The position numbers and the translations under genes were made by a program. DNA of 64,000 nucleotides from Spirochaetia bacterium. Its GTDB lineage: Bacteria; Spirochaetota; Spirochaetia; UBA9216. A model generated the notes under the pieces. That model searched no databases. It had not been told where the DNA came from and worked only from the letters and a program-made list of their open reading frames with translations. Below, piece after piece: positions 1-9,709 of this stretch (position 1 is its first letter; each line of letters opens with the position of its first letter). The stretch spans positions 832,001-896,000 of the forward strand of contig CAXXYH010000003.1 in NCBI GenBank assembly GCA_963677925.2. Direction: 5' to 3'.

Positions 1-142
1 TTACATTCAGTGGGTGAACGGCAGGCATAAAATGGTTAAGGTGGAAAACTACATGTCCGCCGCCTTCCTGATCCCCACTTGCATATGCAAATGAAACACT
101 GATTAATACTGATAAGATAACTAAAAATACTTTCCTTTTCAT
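1..142 (-). CDS. N-terminal fragment of a secreted solute-binding protein, probably TRAP DctP type (runs off the window edge)
   Basis: Manual translation from ATG at 142: MKRKVFLVILSVLISVSFAYASGDQEGGGHVVFHLNHFMPAVHPLNV. Signal peptide, HFMPxxHP motif resembling DctP N-termini, GGAGG RBS at 149-153. Confidence 0.6.
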   Translation of the reverse strand, partial: MKRKVFLVILSVLISVSFAYASGDQEGGGHVVFHLNHFMPAVHPLNV

Positions 143-375
143 AACAATCCTCCTATAAAATTCCTTACTTTTTTTTTCTGTCTGTTTTAAATGTGTTTAC
201 ACCAGCCTCCTTCCCCCGTTATTTTGGATGAACTGGTCCGGCCAATATTAGTAATCGATTGACTGCATAAAAGAATGAGAAAAGCATAGGAGTAGATCGA
301 GATGAAGAACAAAGAAGAAAGGCCGGTGCGTAAAAACTTGTTAGCGTAAAATTCAAGTATCAATCAAAATTTAAC

Positions 376-434
376 TGAACGCGTTTACCGAATCTGTTCA
401 ATAAAATTATCTCATCATATATCAATATTGTCAA
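376..434 (-). promoter_or_regulatory. Sigma70-type promoter with a palindromic operator candidate at +1
   Basis: Minus strand TTGACA (434-429), 17 nt, GATAAT (411-406). TGAAC-N15-GTTCA inverted repeat at 376-400, which also contains the near-palindrome TGAACGCGTTTA. Confidence 0.55.
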
Positions 435-469
435 TTTTAAATATTGTTAAAACGAAAGCTGTATGAACG

Positions 470-497
470 AAAAAAAGCCCCGGAAAACTCCGGAGCT
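470..497 (-). terminator. Intrinsic terminator of the 519-1508 gene
   Basis: Hairpin GCTCCGGA-GTTT-TCCGGGGC followed by a T run on the minus strand. Confidence 0.7.
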
Positions 498-518
498 GAT
501 AATACCAATTTAAAAAAT

Positions 519-1508
519 TCAGAACTGGAATCTGGACCCTATAGAAGCACCCCAGACACCGTTGCTGAGATTGTAATTACCTGCAAGATTAATAATATAC
601 GTACCGAACTTTAAATCAGAACCGGCTTCTGCAATAAAATAGATATCATTTGATTCAACAGGAGCAATATACATAGGGCTTGATACTGTAGCCGAAGGAG
701 TGTAACGGCTATCGGCATACCAGGCGCTCATTCTGGCAAAGGGAATAAAAAAGCCGATCTGCTTTGAAATTCCAGCCTGAACAGTAAATGCCTGAACAAC
801 TGTTTCAAGACCGAAGCTAAGATTGTCAAAACCTGAAAAATCAGCTGAGAGACTTGTAAGGTCTGCAAGTTCAAAAGTGAAATTATCAAAGACATAGCCT
901 ACACCGACAGACACTGCAGGAAAAACACGAGTGTCCTTAAGTATCGGATACCTGATAAAGGCGCTTATATTAAGTGAAGACAGAGTAATCTGCTCCAGTT
1001 CGGACAAAAGGCCGGAAGCTAATCCAAGCAGGCTGGATGGAAGATAAAATCCGTTTATCAGCAGTTCAATATCTGAAAACACTTTCACACCGGCATTCAG
1101 CCTGAAGGATGGATAATATGCAATTGTCCCAAACAGGCTGTCAGTTATTGCCGAATCTCCGATAAGACTGCCGATATTTGTGACAATAAGATTATCAAGA
1201 TTAACAACCTCATAGTACCCGGTAAAGTCTTTATTCGACATAAGACCTGAACCCGAGGACACTGCGGCGACCGGTATAATATTAAAATAGAATCTATCTT
1301 CTCCAATTTCAGCCTGTCCGATATTCTGTCCTGAGACAGCATTCTGAATAAGAACAGGGGAAATATCATTGCCGATACCCGTAAGAAATTTGTCAAAATC
1401 TCCGCTGACGGCATTAACAAGGGCATCTTCTGATATCTCCTGAGCAAAAGTTCCGGAGACAGCTATTACCAACATCAGGAAAATGAATACCGTTTTTAAC
1501 TTTCTCAT
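519..1508 (-). CDS. Putative outer-membrane beta-barrel protein
   Basis: Signal peptide, alternating amphipathic strands in the C-terminal half, terminal aromatic motif ...GSRFQF. Confidence 0.55.
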   Translation of the reverse strand: MRKLKTVFIFLMLVIAVSGTFAQEISEDALVNAVSGDFDKFLTGIGNDISPVLIQNAVSGQNIGQAEIGEDRFYFNIIPVAAVSSGSGLMSNKDFTGYYEVVNLDNLIVTNIGSLIGDSAITDSLFGTIAYYPSFRLNAGVKVFSDIELLINGFYLPSSLLGLASGLLSELEQITLSSLNISAFIRYPILKDTRVFPAVSVGVGYVFDNFTFELADLTSLSADFSGFDNLSFGLETVVQAFTVQAGISKQIGFFIPFARMSAWYADSRYTPSATVSSPMYIAPVESNDIYFIAEAGSDLKFGTYIINLAGNYNLSNGVWGASIGSRFQF

Positions 1509-1563
1509 AATTTATCCTCCATGTTGTTATCTACTATATCAAGCGTACCGCAATATCATTGAT

Positions 1564-2622
1564 TTACTTATCTTTTTCTCTGTTTTTCTTTACCTTCTCG
1601 GCTTTACGGCTGATACTGTTCCACACACCGGTTAAGCCCATAGCCTTTTTCATAGCTGTCACAGTCTGCCTTGCCTCTTCACGCATAACCATGGTTCCGT
1701 CAAAGATAACCTCATCAACAAAACCTGATTTTTCAGCATAAAAAGCACGTCTTTCACGAATAGGATCAAGAAATTCGTTAATAGCCCTTGCAAGGCTGTC
1801 TTTTACTTCTACATCTCCTATTTTACCTTCCCTGTAACGGGTCTTGAAATCTTCAACCTCAGCTTTATTATTATTGAATATATCATGGTATATAAAAACC
1901 GGATTTCCTTCAACTTTTCCGGGGATATCAGCCCGGATTCTGTTTGGATCGGTATACATCCCCCTGACTTTCTTTTCTACTGATTTTTTGTCATCTGACA
2001 GCATTATAGCGTTGCCAAGAGATTTGGACATCTTGGCATCACCATCGGTTCCAACGAGTGTCGGAACATCGCCGATCATTACGTCGGGAATAGGAAAAAC
2101 CTCACCGTACATACTGTTGAAACGTCTTGCGATTTCTCTAGAAAGCTCAACATGAGCTTCGTTATCCTTTCCAACAGGAACCAGATTAGCTCTGGGCATA
2201 AGAATATCTGCAGCCTGCAGAACTGGGTATCCAAGAAGTCCGAAAGGCATTTCATTAAAATTGGCAGCCTTTGCCATATCTTTCAGACTAGGCATACGCT
2301 GAAGTCTGGGTACTGTAACCAGCATCTCAAAGATGAGATTCATTTCAAAGACTTCATGAACAGCCGATTGAAGATAGATAGTAGCTTTTGAAGGATCAAT
2401 TCCGCATGCAAGGTAGTCAAGAACCATATCCCTTGCGTTCTCGGCAATCATTCCGATAGCATCACTGTCCGGTTTTGTAGTGAGAGTATGAAGATCGGCT
2501 ATAATAAAAAAGCAGTCGTACTGCTCCTGAAGTTTAACTCGGTTTGCAAGAGACCCTACATAATGTCCGAGATGCAGTTTTCCGGTAGGCCTGTCGCCTG
2601 TAAGTATTCGTTTTCTTTCCAT
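1564..2622 (-). CDS. trpS: Tryptophan--tRNA ligase
   Basis: [13 protein letters not shown] (HIGH), [17 protein letters not shown] and KMSKS motifs. Confidence 0.97.
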   Translation of the reverse strand: MERKRILTGDRPTGKLHLGHYVGSLANRVKLQEQYDCFFIIADLHTLTTKPDSDAIGMIAENARDMVLDYLACGIDPSKATIYLQSAVHEVFEMNLIFEMLVTVPRLQRMPSLKDMAKAANFNEMPFGLLGYPVLQAADILMPRANLVPVGKDNEAHVELSREIARRFNSMYGEVFPIPDVMIGDVPTLVGTDGDAKMSKSLGNAIMLSDDKKSVEKKVRGMYTDPNRIRADIPGKVEGNPVFIYHDIFNNNKAEVEDFKTRYREGKIGDVEVKDSLARAINEFLDPIRERRAFYAEKSGFVDEVIFDGTMVMREEARQTVTAMKKAMGLTGVWNSISRKAEKVKKNREKDK

Positions 2623-2671
2623 AGATTAACTATATCTGCGGGTAGTGAATTAGACAAGACCTGAAATGATT

Positions 2672-3823
2672 TTAATCCTGTTCAGAAACAGAATCATCTT
2701 TAGCTTCGGTAATAATTTCAGAAGTAAAAAGAGAGTCTCCCAGTATGGTGGCAGCAGATTTGAATTTTTTGGTATTCCTGTTTTTTGCAACTTTTTTACC
2801 GTATTCCATCATAACTGCCATTGGCTTAAGACCGGGGATATTTTCAAATACAATCTTTAATACCGTAGTAATAGGGACTGCTATAAACATTCCGACAGGG
2901 CCCCAGATCCATCCCCATAGAAAGAGTGAAAACAGTATAATAACAGGACTCAAATTCAATCTGCGTCCCTGAAGCCTCGGATCAAAAAAATTGCCTACTA
3001 CTACCTGTATTAAAATCATAGATATGAATACAAAGATAATCGGTCCGGGCTGGGGAAAAAACTGTATGAATCCCATCAGGATTGTCACAGCCATAAGGAT
3101 AAACGAACCGATGTTGGGTATAAAGTTCAGAATAAAGGCCATAACACCCCAGATGAGTGCAAAATCCATCCCGATGACCTGGAGGCAGAACCAGACCAGA
3201 ACACCGGTTATAGCGCTTACAAAAAACTTTATCGAAAGATACCTGCCAATCTGCCTTGTGGTATGCCTTATAATAATTATTATTCTCTTTCCTGTTCTTC
3301 TGGGAAAAGCCTTTGATATTGTAACAGGCAGAAAGGGCGCCTCAATCAAAAGAAATATCATTGAAAGCACTATTATTACAATTGCACTGAAAAAATCCAT
3401 GACATTCTGGGTTATAGGGGTCAGAGAATTCATAAAAGTGGCCGTGTAGTCAATTTCAGCCATGGGGTTAACCGGCAGATCCATTGAAAAGTTCTGATTC
3501 AGCGTAGCTGAAATCTGGGTAAGAATGGATTCAAATCGGTCGTAATATTTCGGAGCCTCTTCTATAAATGAGTTGATACTCGACATAAAAAACAAACCGA
3601 CAAGATAGGCTATTCCGAAAACAATAAGCACAGCAAGTATAATGGCACCGTTTCTGGGCACCTTTATTTTGGTAAGAGTATCAACGACAGGAGCAAGGGT
3701 AAATGTTAAAAGTATGGAAAAAACGATGGGCATCATTACAGAAGATGCAAGTTTGAGTACAGCAATCAGGGCGAAAATTGTTATCAGGCCCAAAAATACA
3801 GAAATTGTTTTCTGATTATCCAT
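2672..3823 (-). CDS. AI-2E (PerM) family transporter
   Basis: Multi-TM protein with LNFIPNIGS and LNLSPVIILFSLFLWGWIWGPVGMFIAVP signatures. Confidence 0.9.
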   Translation of the reverse strand: MDNQKTISVFLGLITIFALIAVLKLASSVMMPIVFSILLTFTLAPVVDTLTKIKVPRNGAIILAVLIVFGIAYLVGLFFMSSINSFIEEAPKYYDRFESILTQISATLNQNFSMDLPVNPMAEIDYTATFMNSLTPITQNVMDFFSAIVIIVLSMIFLLIEAPFLPVTISKAFPRRTGKRIIIIIRHTTRQIGRYLSIKFFVSAITGVLVWFCLQVIGMDFALIWGVMAFILNFIPNIGSFILMAVTILMGFIQFFPQPGPIIFVFISMILIQVVVGNFFDPRLQGRRLNLSPVIILFSLFLWGWIWGPVGMFIAVPITTVLKIVFENIPGLKPMAVMMEYGKKVAKNRNTKKFKSAATILGDSLFTSEIITEAKDDSVSEQD

Positions 3824-3887
3824 AGTTTTTTATTCCCGTTGGTGATAGTATCCAGTATAGTGAATTTATCATGCATGGAGAAGCCGA

Positions 3888-4400
3888 ATGGTCAGCAAAT
3901 TCTTAAATAAAACGCCCGACACAGATAAAGCCAATTTTATTGCCTGGAATGCAGATGTTTCCGGAGATGTTGTACTCGGAAAAGAATCTTCCATCTGGTT
4001 CAGTGCAACCCTCAGAGGCGATATAGCTCCGATTCGTGTAGGTGACGGTTCCAATATTCAGGATAATTCGACCTGCCATATCAGCACCGATGTTCCGCTG
4101 ATAATCGGTAACTACGTTACTGTTGGTCACCAGGTAACCCTTCATTCCTGCAAAATTGCAGACCACTGCCTGATAGGGATGGGAGCTATTGTACTCGATA
4201 ACGCAGAAATTGGAGAGTACAGTATTGTAGGAGCCGGAAGCTTAGTGACCAAGGGAAAGAAGTTCCCACCCCGCTCCATGATACTCGGCTCTCCGGCAAA
4301 GGTCGTTCGCGAACTTACTGACGAGGAAGTAGCCTCAATAGATAAATCTGCAGAAAGGTATATTCTGCATTCAAAAGAAACAGCAGATTCAAGAAAATAA
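3888..4400 (+). CDS. Gamma carbonic anhydrase family protein (YrdA-like)
   Basis: Hexapeptide repeats; LRGD, NIQDNSTCH and GHQVTLH Zn-ligand motifs; GSPAKVVREL. Confidence 0.92.
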   Translation: MVSKFLNKTPDTDKANFIAWNADVSGDVVLGKESSIWFSATLRGDIAPIRVGDGSNIQDNSTCHISTDVPLIIGNYVTVGHQVTLHSCKIADHCLIGMGAIVLDNAEIGEYSIVGAGSLVTKGKKFPPRSMILGSPAKVVRELTDEEVASIDKSAERYILHSKETADSRK

Positions 4401-4403
4401 AAG

Positions 4404-4449
4404 AAAACCGGGCTTTTAAGTAAGAAAATACTTATAAACCCGGTTTTTT
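4404..4449 (+). terminator. Intrinsic terminator hairpin
   Basis: AAAACCGGG...CCCGGTTTTTT directly after the stop codon. Confidence 0.6.
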
Positions 4450-4458
4450 CAGCTTGAT

Positions 4459-4477
4459 TATCGGTCGGCAACCGATA
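4459..4477. promoter_or_regulatory. Palindromic operator candidate in the fabH promoter
   Basis: TATCGGT-CGGCA-ACCGATA lies between TTGATT (4454-4459) and TATAAT (4476-4481). The same motif occurs twice upstream of fabD. Confidence 0.7.
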
Positions 4478-4509
4478 TAATATGATTTAACGCACTCGAG
4501 GAGGACACT

Positions 4510-5496
4510 ATGATTGCGGAAATTCTTGGCTTAGGTGCTTATGTACCCGAAAAAGCAATTACCAACGAAGAACTTTCTAAGACTGTCGATACCACTGACG
4601 AATGGATTAGATCACATACCGGAATAGGTAAAAGACATATCATTGCAGAAGATGAGACAACTTCTGATACAGCTGTAAAGGCTGCAAAGATAGCAATTGA
4701 ACGTGCAGGAATAGATGTACAGGAGATAGATTTTATTATACTTGCAACAGCGTCAGGTGATTATGCGGGATTTCCTTCAACAGCCTGTGTTGTACAGCAC
4801 AAACTTGGAATCAGAAATACTGCGGCTGTAGATATTGGTGCAGGCTGTACCGGTTTTGTTTACGGACTTGAAATGGGACGCAGTCTGCTTCTTGCCGGCG
4901 GAGCCAAAAGGGTGCTGGTTATCGGCGTCGAATCACTTTCAAGAATTGTAAACTGGAAAGATCGTAATACATGCGTACTGTTCGGAGACGGTGCAGGAGC
5001 TGCTGTTCTAGGGCTGAGTGAAGATGATAACGGAAGCGGAATAATTGATTCCTTTCTGGGCGCAGAAGGCGACGGATTTGAACACCTTATGAGGAAGGCC
5101 GGCGGAGCCAAGCACCCGTTTCACATCGGTGAGTACGAAGAAGAAGATCTCTATGTCAGCATGAACGGCCGCAGGGTTTACGGTTTTGCTGTTAAGGTTA
5201 ATGAGACCATTATCAATTCACTTCTTAAAAACAATAATCTTTCTGTAGACGATGTCAGCAGAATTGTCCCTCATCAGGCAAATATAAGAATTATTCAGGC
5301 CGCTGCGAAGAGACTTGAACTTCCTGAGGAAAAGTTTTTCATCAACATCGAAGAATATGCCAACACTTCAGCAGCCTCAATACCAATCGCGCTTAATGAT
5401 ATGCTTTCAAAAGGACAGCTCAAGAAGGGTGACCTTATAATTACTACAGGATTCGGTGCAGGCCTTACCTACGGCGGCAACCTGATACGCTGGTAA
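4510..5496 (+). CDS. fabH: Beta-ketoacyl-ACP synthase III
   Basis: AGCTGF catalytic Cys, LFGDGAGA, PHQANIRII, NTSAASIP, GFGAGLTYG. Confidence 0.97.
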   Translation: MIAEILGLGAYVPEKAITNEELSKTVDTTDEWIRSHTGIGKRHIIAEDETTSDTAVKAAKIAIERAGIDVQEIDFIILATASGDYAGFPSTACVVQHKLGIRNTAAVDIGAGCTGFVYGLEMGRSLLLAGGAKRVLVIGVESLSRIVNWKDRNTCVLFGDGAGAAVLGLSEDDNGSGIIDSFLGAEGDGFEHLMRKAGGAKHPFHIGEYEEEDLYVSMNGRRVYGFAVKVNETIINSLLKNNNLSVDDVSRIVPHQANIRIIQAAAKRLELPEEKFFINIEEYANTSAASIPIALNDMLSKGQLKKGDLIITTGFGAGLTYGGNLIRW

Positions 5497-5510
5497 AAAG
5501 ACAAATAATG

Positions 5511-5555
5511 GATAAAAAAAGGGAGCCGGTGTGAGTACGGCTCCCTTTTTTTATC
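5511..5555. terminator. Bidirectional intrinsic terminator
   Basis: GATAAAAAAAGGGAGCCG...CGGCTCCCTTTTTTTATC between convergent genes. Confidence 0.9.
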
Positions 5556-5587
5556 AGTTATAAGAATACTTTACAGGACTTAGAACA

Positions 5588-7231
5588 TCAGCCCCTTCCA
5601 TTCTTTATCATATCAACAGCCATTTCACCCATCTTGTACTTCTGAATCTTACCGCTTGCTGTCAGCGGATATGAATCAACAAAAAATACATATTTAGGGA
5701 TTTTATGCCTGGCAATCTGACCACGGCAGAAATCACGAACATCTTCTTCCTTTGTCTTCTTACCGTCATGCAGGACAATAAAAGCTCCTACCTGCTCACC
5801 GTATTTTTCATCAGGAACCCCGGCAACCTGTACATCCTTAATTTCCGGCATGCCGTAAAGAAACTCTTCAATCTCTCTGGGGTATATATTCTCCCCTCCC
5901 CTGATAATCATGTCCTTGATGCGTCCGGTAACCCTGAAAAAGCCGTCCTCGTCCTTTATTCCGAGGTCTCCCGAGTGCAGCCAGCCGTCCTTGTCGATAC
6001 AGGCGGCAGTTGCTTCGGGCATCTTGTAATATCCCTTCATGATGTTGTAGCCACGGCAGCAGAGCTCACCCTGGACTTCAACAGGACATTCCTCACCTGT
6101 TTCAGGATCAAAAACCTTCACTTCAATACCCGGAAGCTCCTGACCGACAGTAGCAACTCTCTTTTCAAGCGGATCGTCAGTTCTTGTCTGGGTCATTACC
6201 GGGGACCCCTCAGTAAGTCCGTAGGCTATAGTAACCTCGCTCATATTCATCTTTTCAACAACCTGCTTCATGGTTTCCATTGGACAGGGGGAACCGGCCA
6301 TAATTCCGGTACGTAGACTGCTGAGATCGAACATGTCGAACATCGGATGATTCAGCTCGGCAATGAACATTGTAGGCACCCCGTAAAGGGCGGTACACTT
6401 CTCTTTCTGTACTGAAGCAAGCGTGACCAGCGGATCGAACTTTTCAATCATTACAAGACCGGCACCGTGAGTTATTATTGCCATAACCCCCAGAACAATA
6501 CCGAAACAGTGAAACAGCGGAGGAGCGAGGCAGAGAATATCCCTGTCGGTAAACTTCTGACACTCACCGATATAAAACCCGTTATTGAGGATATTATGAT
6601 GGGTAAGCATAACTCCTTTTGGAAATCCGGTTGTACCGGAAGTATACTGCATATTTATAACGTCATGAGTATCACAGCTGTCAAAGAGTTTTCTGAGTTG
6701 AGCATCATCCTCATAAGCTCCCAGAAGAAGAAGTTCTTCTGTATTGTACATTCCCCGGTGTTTCTGCTGTCCTATAAAAACTACGTTTTTAAGAAAGGGG
6801 AATTTCTCTGATTTCAAAGCTCCCCTCTGTGAAGTTTTCAGCTCAGGAACCAGACTGTATACCATCTGTACATAGTCGCTGTCTTTGTGGCTGTCTATTA
6901 TACAAAGTGTGTCGAGATCAGCCTGTTCAACAAGATAGGCAAGCTCATGTTCCTTGTACTCAGTATTTACGGTGACAAGCACTGCGCCAATCTTGGCTGT
7001 TGCAAAAAAGAAAGTAAGCCAGTCAGGGACATTAGTCGCCCATATTCCGACATGTGAGCCCTTTGTAATTCCGATTTTCATCAGGCCCAGAGCCAGTCTG
7101 TTTATACGCTGGTCAAACTGTGAATATGAAAAACGCAGGTTCCGGTCCGAATAAACCATAAAATCCTTATCCGGAAATGCGGCTACCTGCTCCTCAAATA
7201 CCTGTCCTATTGTTTTATTTATTAGTTTCAT
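5588..7231 (-). CDS. Acyl-CoA synthetase / AMP-binding protein
   Basis: [53 protein letters not shown]. Confidence 0.95.
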   Translation of the reverse strand: MKLINKTIGQVFEEQVAAFPDKDFMVYSDRNLRFSYSQFDQRINRLALGLMKIGITKGSHVGIWATNVPDWLTFFFATAKIGAVLVTVNTEYKEHELAYLVEQADLDTLCIIDSHKDSDYVQMVYSLVPELKTSQRGALKSEKFPFLKNVVFIGQQKHRGMYNTEELLLLGAYEDDAQLRKLFDSCDTHDVINMQYTSGTTGFPKGVMLTHHNILNNGFYIGECQKFTDRDILCLAPPLFHCFGIVLGVMAIITHGAGLVMIEKFDPLVTLASVQKEKCTALYGVPTMFIAELNHPMFDMFDLSSLRTGIMAGSPCPMETMKQVVEKMNMSEVTIAYGLTEGSPVMTQTRTDDPLEKRVATVGQELPGIEVKVFDPETGEECPVEVQGELCCRGYNIMKGYYKMPEATAACIDKDGWLHSGDLGIKDEDGFFRVTGRIKDMIIRGGENIYPREIEEFLYGMPEIKDVQVAGVPDEKYGEQVGAFIVLHDGKKTKEEDVRDFCRGQIARHKIPKYVFFVDSYPLTASGKIQKYKMGEMAVDMIKNGRG

Positions 7232-7245
7232 ATGATCTCCGGTAA

Positions 7246-7818
7246 TCAGGATGGTTCATGAATTACAGCCAGAATTTTCGCATTCACGCCTGCAGCACGG
7301 ACATCATGCTCAACTACTGAATCATAATAAATGCTTTCCCCGGCTTCCAGCAGATGCGTTTCTTTTCCATATATAACTTCTATTTTGCCCTCAAGCACAT
7401 AAACAAATTCCTCACCCTCGTGTGATGAAAGAGGGGTTTTCTCTCCTTCAGAATAAGTGAGTTCAACAATAAGAGGCTCCATATGCCTTGAAGCCTTGTT
7501 TACTGCAAGAGAATAAAAAGTGCGGTCAGCATCGGTATCATTATCAATCCCGCGTACTCTTTTGGATTCAGCCATATCACCTGCTTTGCTGACAACCGGG
7601 CCCTCAGAAGCCTGATCATCAAGAAAAGTTCCCAGACGTACACCGAGAGCCCTTGAAAGTTTAATGAGCGGGCTTAGATAAGGTACAAGTTCACCCTTCT
7701 CTATTTTTTCGATGAGTTTTGCATCAATTCCTGCCCTTGCGGCAAGCTCATCTGTTGTAATGGCATGTTTTTCACGAAACATCCTTATTTTTTCACCTAA
7801 TTTTTCGTTATAAACCAT
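7246..7818 (-). CDS. XRE-family HTH regulator with C-terminal cupin domain
   Basis: N-terminal HTH_3 pattern; cupin motifs [12 protein letters not shown] and [12 protein letters not shown]. Confidence 0.92.
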   Translation of the reverse strand: MVYNEKLGEKIRMFREKHAITTDELAARAGIDAKLIEKIEKGELVPYLSPLIKLSRALGVRLGTFLDDQASEGPVVSKAGDMAESKRVRGIDNDTDADRTFYSLAVNKASRHMEPLIVELTYSEGEKTPLSSHEGEEFVYVLEGKIEVIYGKETHLLEAGESIYYDSVVEHDVRAAGVNAKILAVIHEPS

Positions 7819-7895
7819 AATTCCCTCTGCTTATATTGTTTTATCTTGGTCTAAGAACGAAGTTTAACATAGAGGCATACTATTTAACAGTTTTT

Positions 7896-7969
7896 TTTCG
7901 GCCATTGACCGATATTTTACTTAAATCACTTTATCGGCCGTTGACCGATAAGAGCAAGTATGATATTAA
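7896..7969. promoter_or_regulatory. Two palindromic operator candidates overlapping the fabD promoter
   Basis: TTTCGGCCATTGACCGATA (7896-7914) and TATCGGCCGTTGACCGATA (7932-7950). The second contains -35 TTGACC, with TATTAA 17 nt downstream (7964-7969). Confidence 0.7.
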
Positions 7970-8004
7970 TTTATCCATAAATAATTAGAATTCAGGGAGA
8001 TAAT

Positions 8005-8931
8005 ATGAAAACTTGTTTTCTTTATCCGGGCCAGGGTGCTCAGTACCCGGAAATGGGAAAGGATCTCTGGGAAAAATATTCCGGAGTAAAAGAGCTTTTT
8101 ACAGCGGCTTCTGATATTACCGGACTTGATTGTGAAAAACTTCTGTTTGAAGGTGATGTACAGACACTTGGACGAACTGATAATACACAGCCCGCAGTTA
8201 CACTTGTTAATCTGGCTGTAAAAAATACACTGAAAGAGCTGGGACTCGAATCCGACGGATGTGCAGGACACAGTCTTGGTGAATGGGCAGCATATGCAGA
8301 TGCCGGAATCCTTTCCGATCTTGAGGTAATGAAGGCGGTAGCGCTTCGCGGTAAATACATGCATGAGGCAGGAGAGAAGGCATCAGGAGAAGGTGCTGAC
8401 TCAAGCATGGCAGCAGTAATCGGACTTGACCTTGCTCAGGTTAATGCCGCTATTGAGAGTATTGAAGGCGTCTACATGGCCAACTGGAACGCTGACAAGC
8501 AGATAGTAATTTCAGGAACCCAGAACGGACTTGCCGCTGCTGAGGGCGTTTTAAAAGAAGCAGGAGCCAGAAGGGTTCTCAGGCTTAAGGTTTCAGCCCC
8601 CTGTCACTCACCTCTTCTTAATGAAGCCCGTGACAAGTTCAGTGAATACCTTAACAGTCTTGATTTCAAGGATCCGGTAAAGGCGATTTATTCCAATGTT
8701 ACCGGTAAGATTGTTAAAGACGGCGCTGAGGCAAAGGATCTCGCCGTAAAACAGATTGTTTCTTCCGTTTTATGGGTAGATGAAGAAAATAATATTGCAG
8801 CAGACGGATACGACAGATGTCTGGAAACCGGTCCGGGAAAAATCCTCTGCGGTCTATGGAAAAATATAGCAACAGAAATTCCCGTTTTTCCATGCGGCAC
8901 TGTTGAACAGATAGAAGAAATTAAAGGTTAA
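8005..8931 (+). CDS. fabD: Malonyl-CoA:ACP transacylase
   Basis: PGQGAQ, TQPA, GHSLGE nucleophile, VSAPCHS, ETGPGKIL. Confidence 0.96.
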   Translation: MKTCFLYPGQGAQYPEMGKDLWEKYSGVKELFTAASDITGLDCEKLLFEGDVQTLGRTDNTQPAVTLVNLAVKNTLKELGLESDGCAGHSLGEWAAYADAGILSDLEVMKAVALRGKYMHEAGEKASGEGADSSMAAVIGLDLAQVNAAIESIEGVYMANWNADKQIVISGTQNGLAAAEGVLKEAGARRVLRLKVSAPCHSPLLNEARDKFSEYLNSLDFKDPVKAIYSNVTGKIVKDGAEAKDLAVKQIVSSVLWVDEENNIAADGYDRCLETGPGKILCGLWKNIATEIPVFPCGTVEQIEEIKG

Positions 8932-8944
8932 ATCAGGAGTAGAT

Positions 8945-9688
8945 ATGTTATTAAAGGGAAAAAAAGCAGTCGTTACCGGAGGCTCAAAGGGCATCGGTAA
9001 GACTATAGTTGAAGCATTCATCAAGGAAGGCGCTTCAGTATGGTACATCAGCAGAAGTGAATGTGCTCAGGCGGATGAGCTTCAGAAACTTGCAGAAGAA
9101 AACGGAGTCAGTGTTACCTGGAAAAAGGGTTCTGTTTCCGATTCTCAGGAAATGGCTGCAGTTTCAGCAGAAATTCTGAAAGAAGCCGAACAGATTGATA
9201 TTCTTGTGAATAATGCAGGCATCACAAAGGACGGTCTTGTTTTCATGATGAAGGACGAAGCCTGGAATGATGTTCTGGCAACAAACCTTTCAAGCTGTTT
9301 CTACCTCAGTAAGTCTTTCGGTCGTGCTATGGCCAAGAAACGATCCGGGTCAATAATCAACGTATCATCCGTAGTCGGAGTAATCGGCAACGGGGGTCAG
9401 ACAAACTATGCAGCATCAAAGGCAGGTATTATCGGATTTACCAAAAGTCTTGCACGCGAAATTGCAGGCAGAGGCGTAAGAGTAAACGCCATCGCTCCGG
9501 GATTCATTAAATCAGATATGACCGAAGCAATTCCTGAAGCTGCTAAAGAAGAATTTATGAAAAAGATTCCGTTCGGCCGAATCGGTGAACCCGAAGAAGT
9601 CGCATCAGTTGTTGTTTTTCTCGCCTCCGAAATGTCTACCTATATCACAGGTCAGGTTCTCGGAATTGACGGCGGAATGGGAATGTAA
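8945..9688 (+). CDS. fabG: 3-oxoacyl-ACP reductase
   Basis: TGGSKGIG, NNAGITKD, GQTNYAASKAG, NAIAPGFI; position in the fab cluster. Confidence 0.96.
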   Translation: MLLKGKKAVVTGGSKGIGKTIVEAFIKEGASVWYISRSECAQADELQKLAEENGVSVTWKKGSVSDSQEMAAVSAEILKEAEQIDILVNNAGITKDGLVFMMKDEAWNDVLATNLSSCFYLSKSFGRAMAKKRSGSIINVSSVVGVIGNGGQTNYAASKAGIIGFTKSLAREIAGRGVRVNAIAPGFIKSDMTEAIPEAAKEEFMKKIPFGRIGEPEEVASVVVFLASEMSTYITGQVLGIDGGMGM

Positions 9689-9709
9689 TCCACATTAAGG
9701 AGAATAATT

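Noticed and set aside
188-364. ~58-codon minus-strand ORF and a 22-codon ORF inside the dctP leader
   Set aside because: No SD and no recognisable leader-peptide composition; the RNA-structure explanation is stronger.
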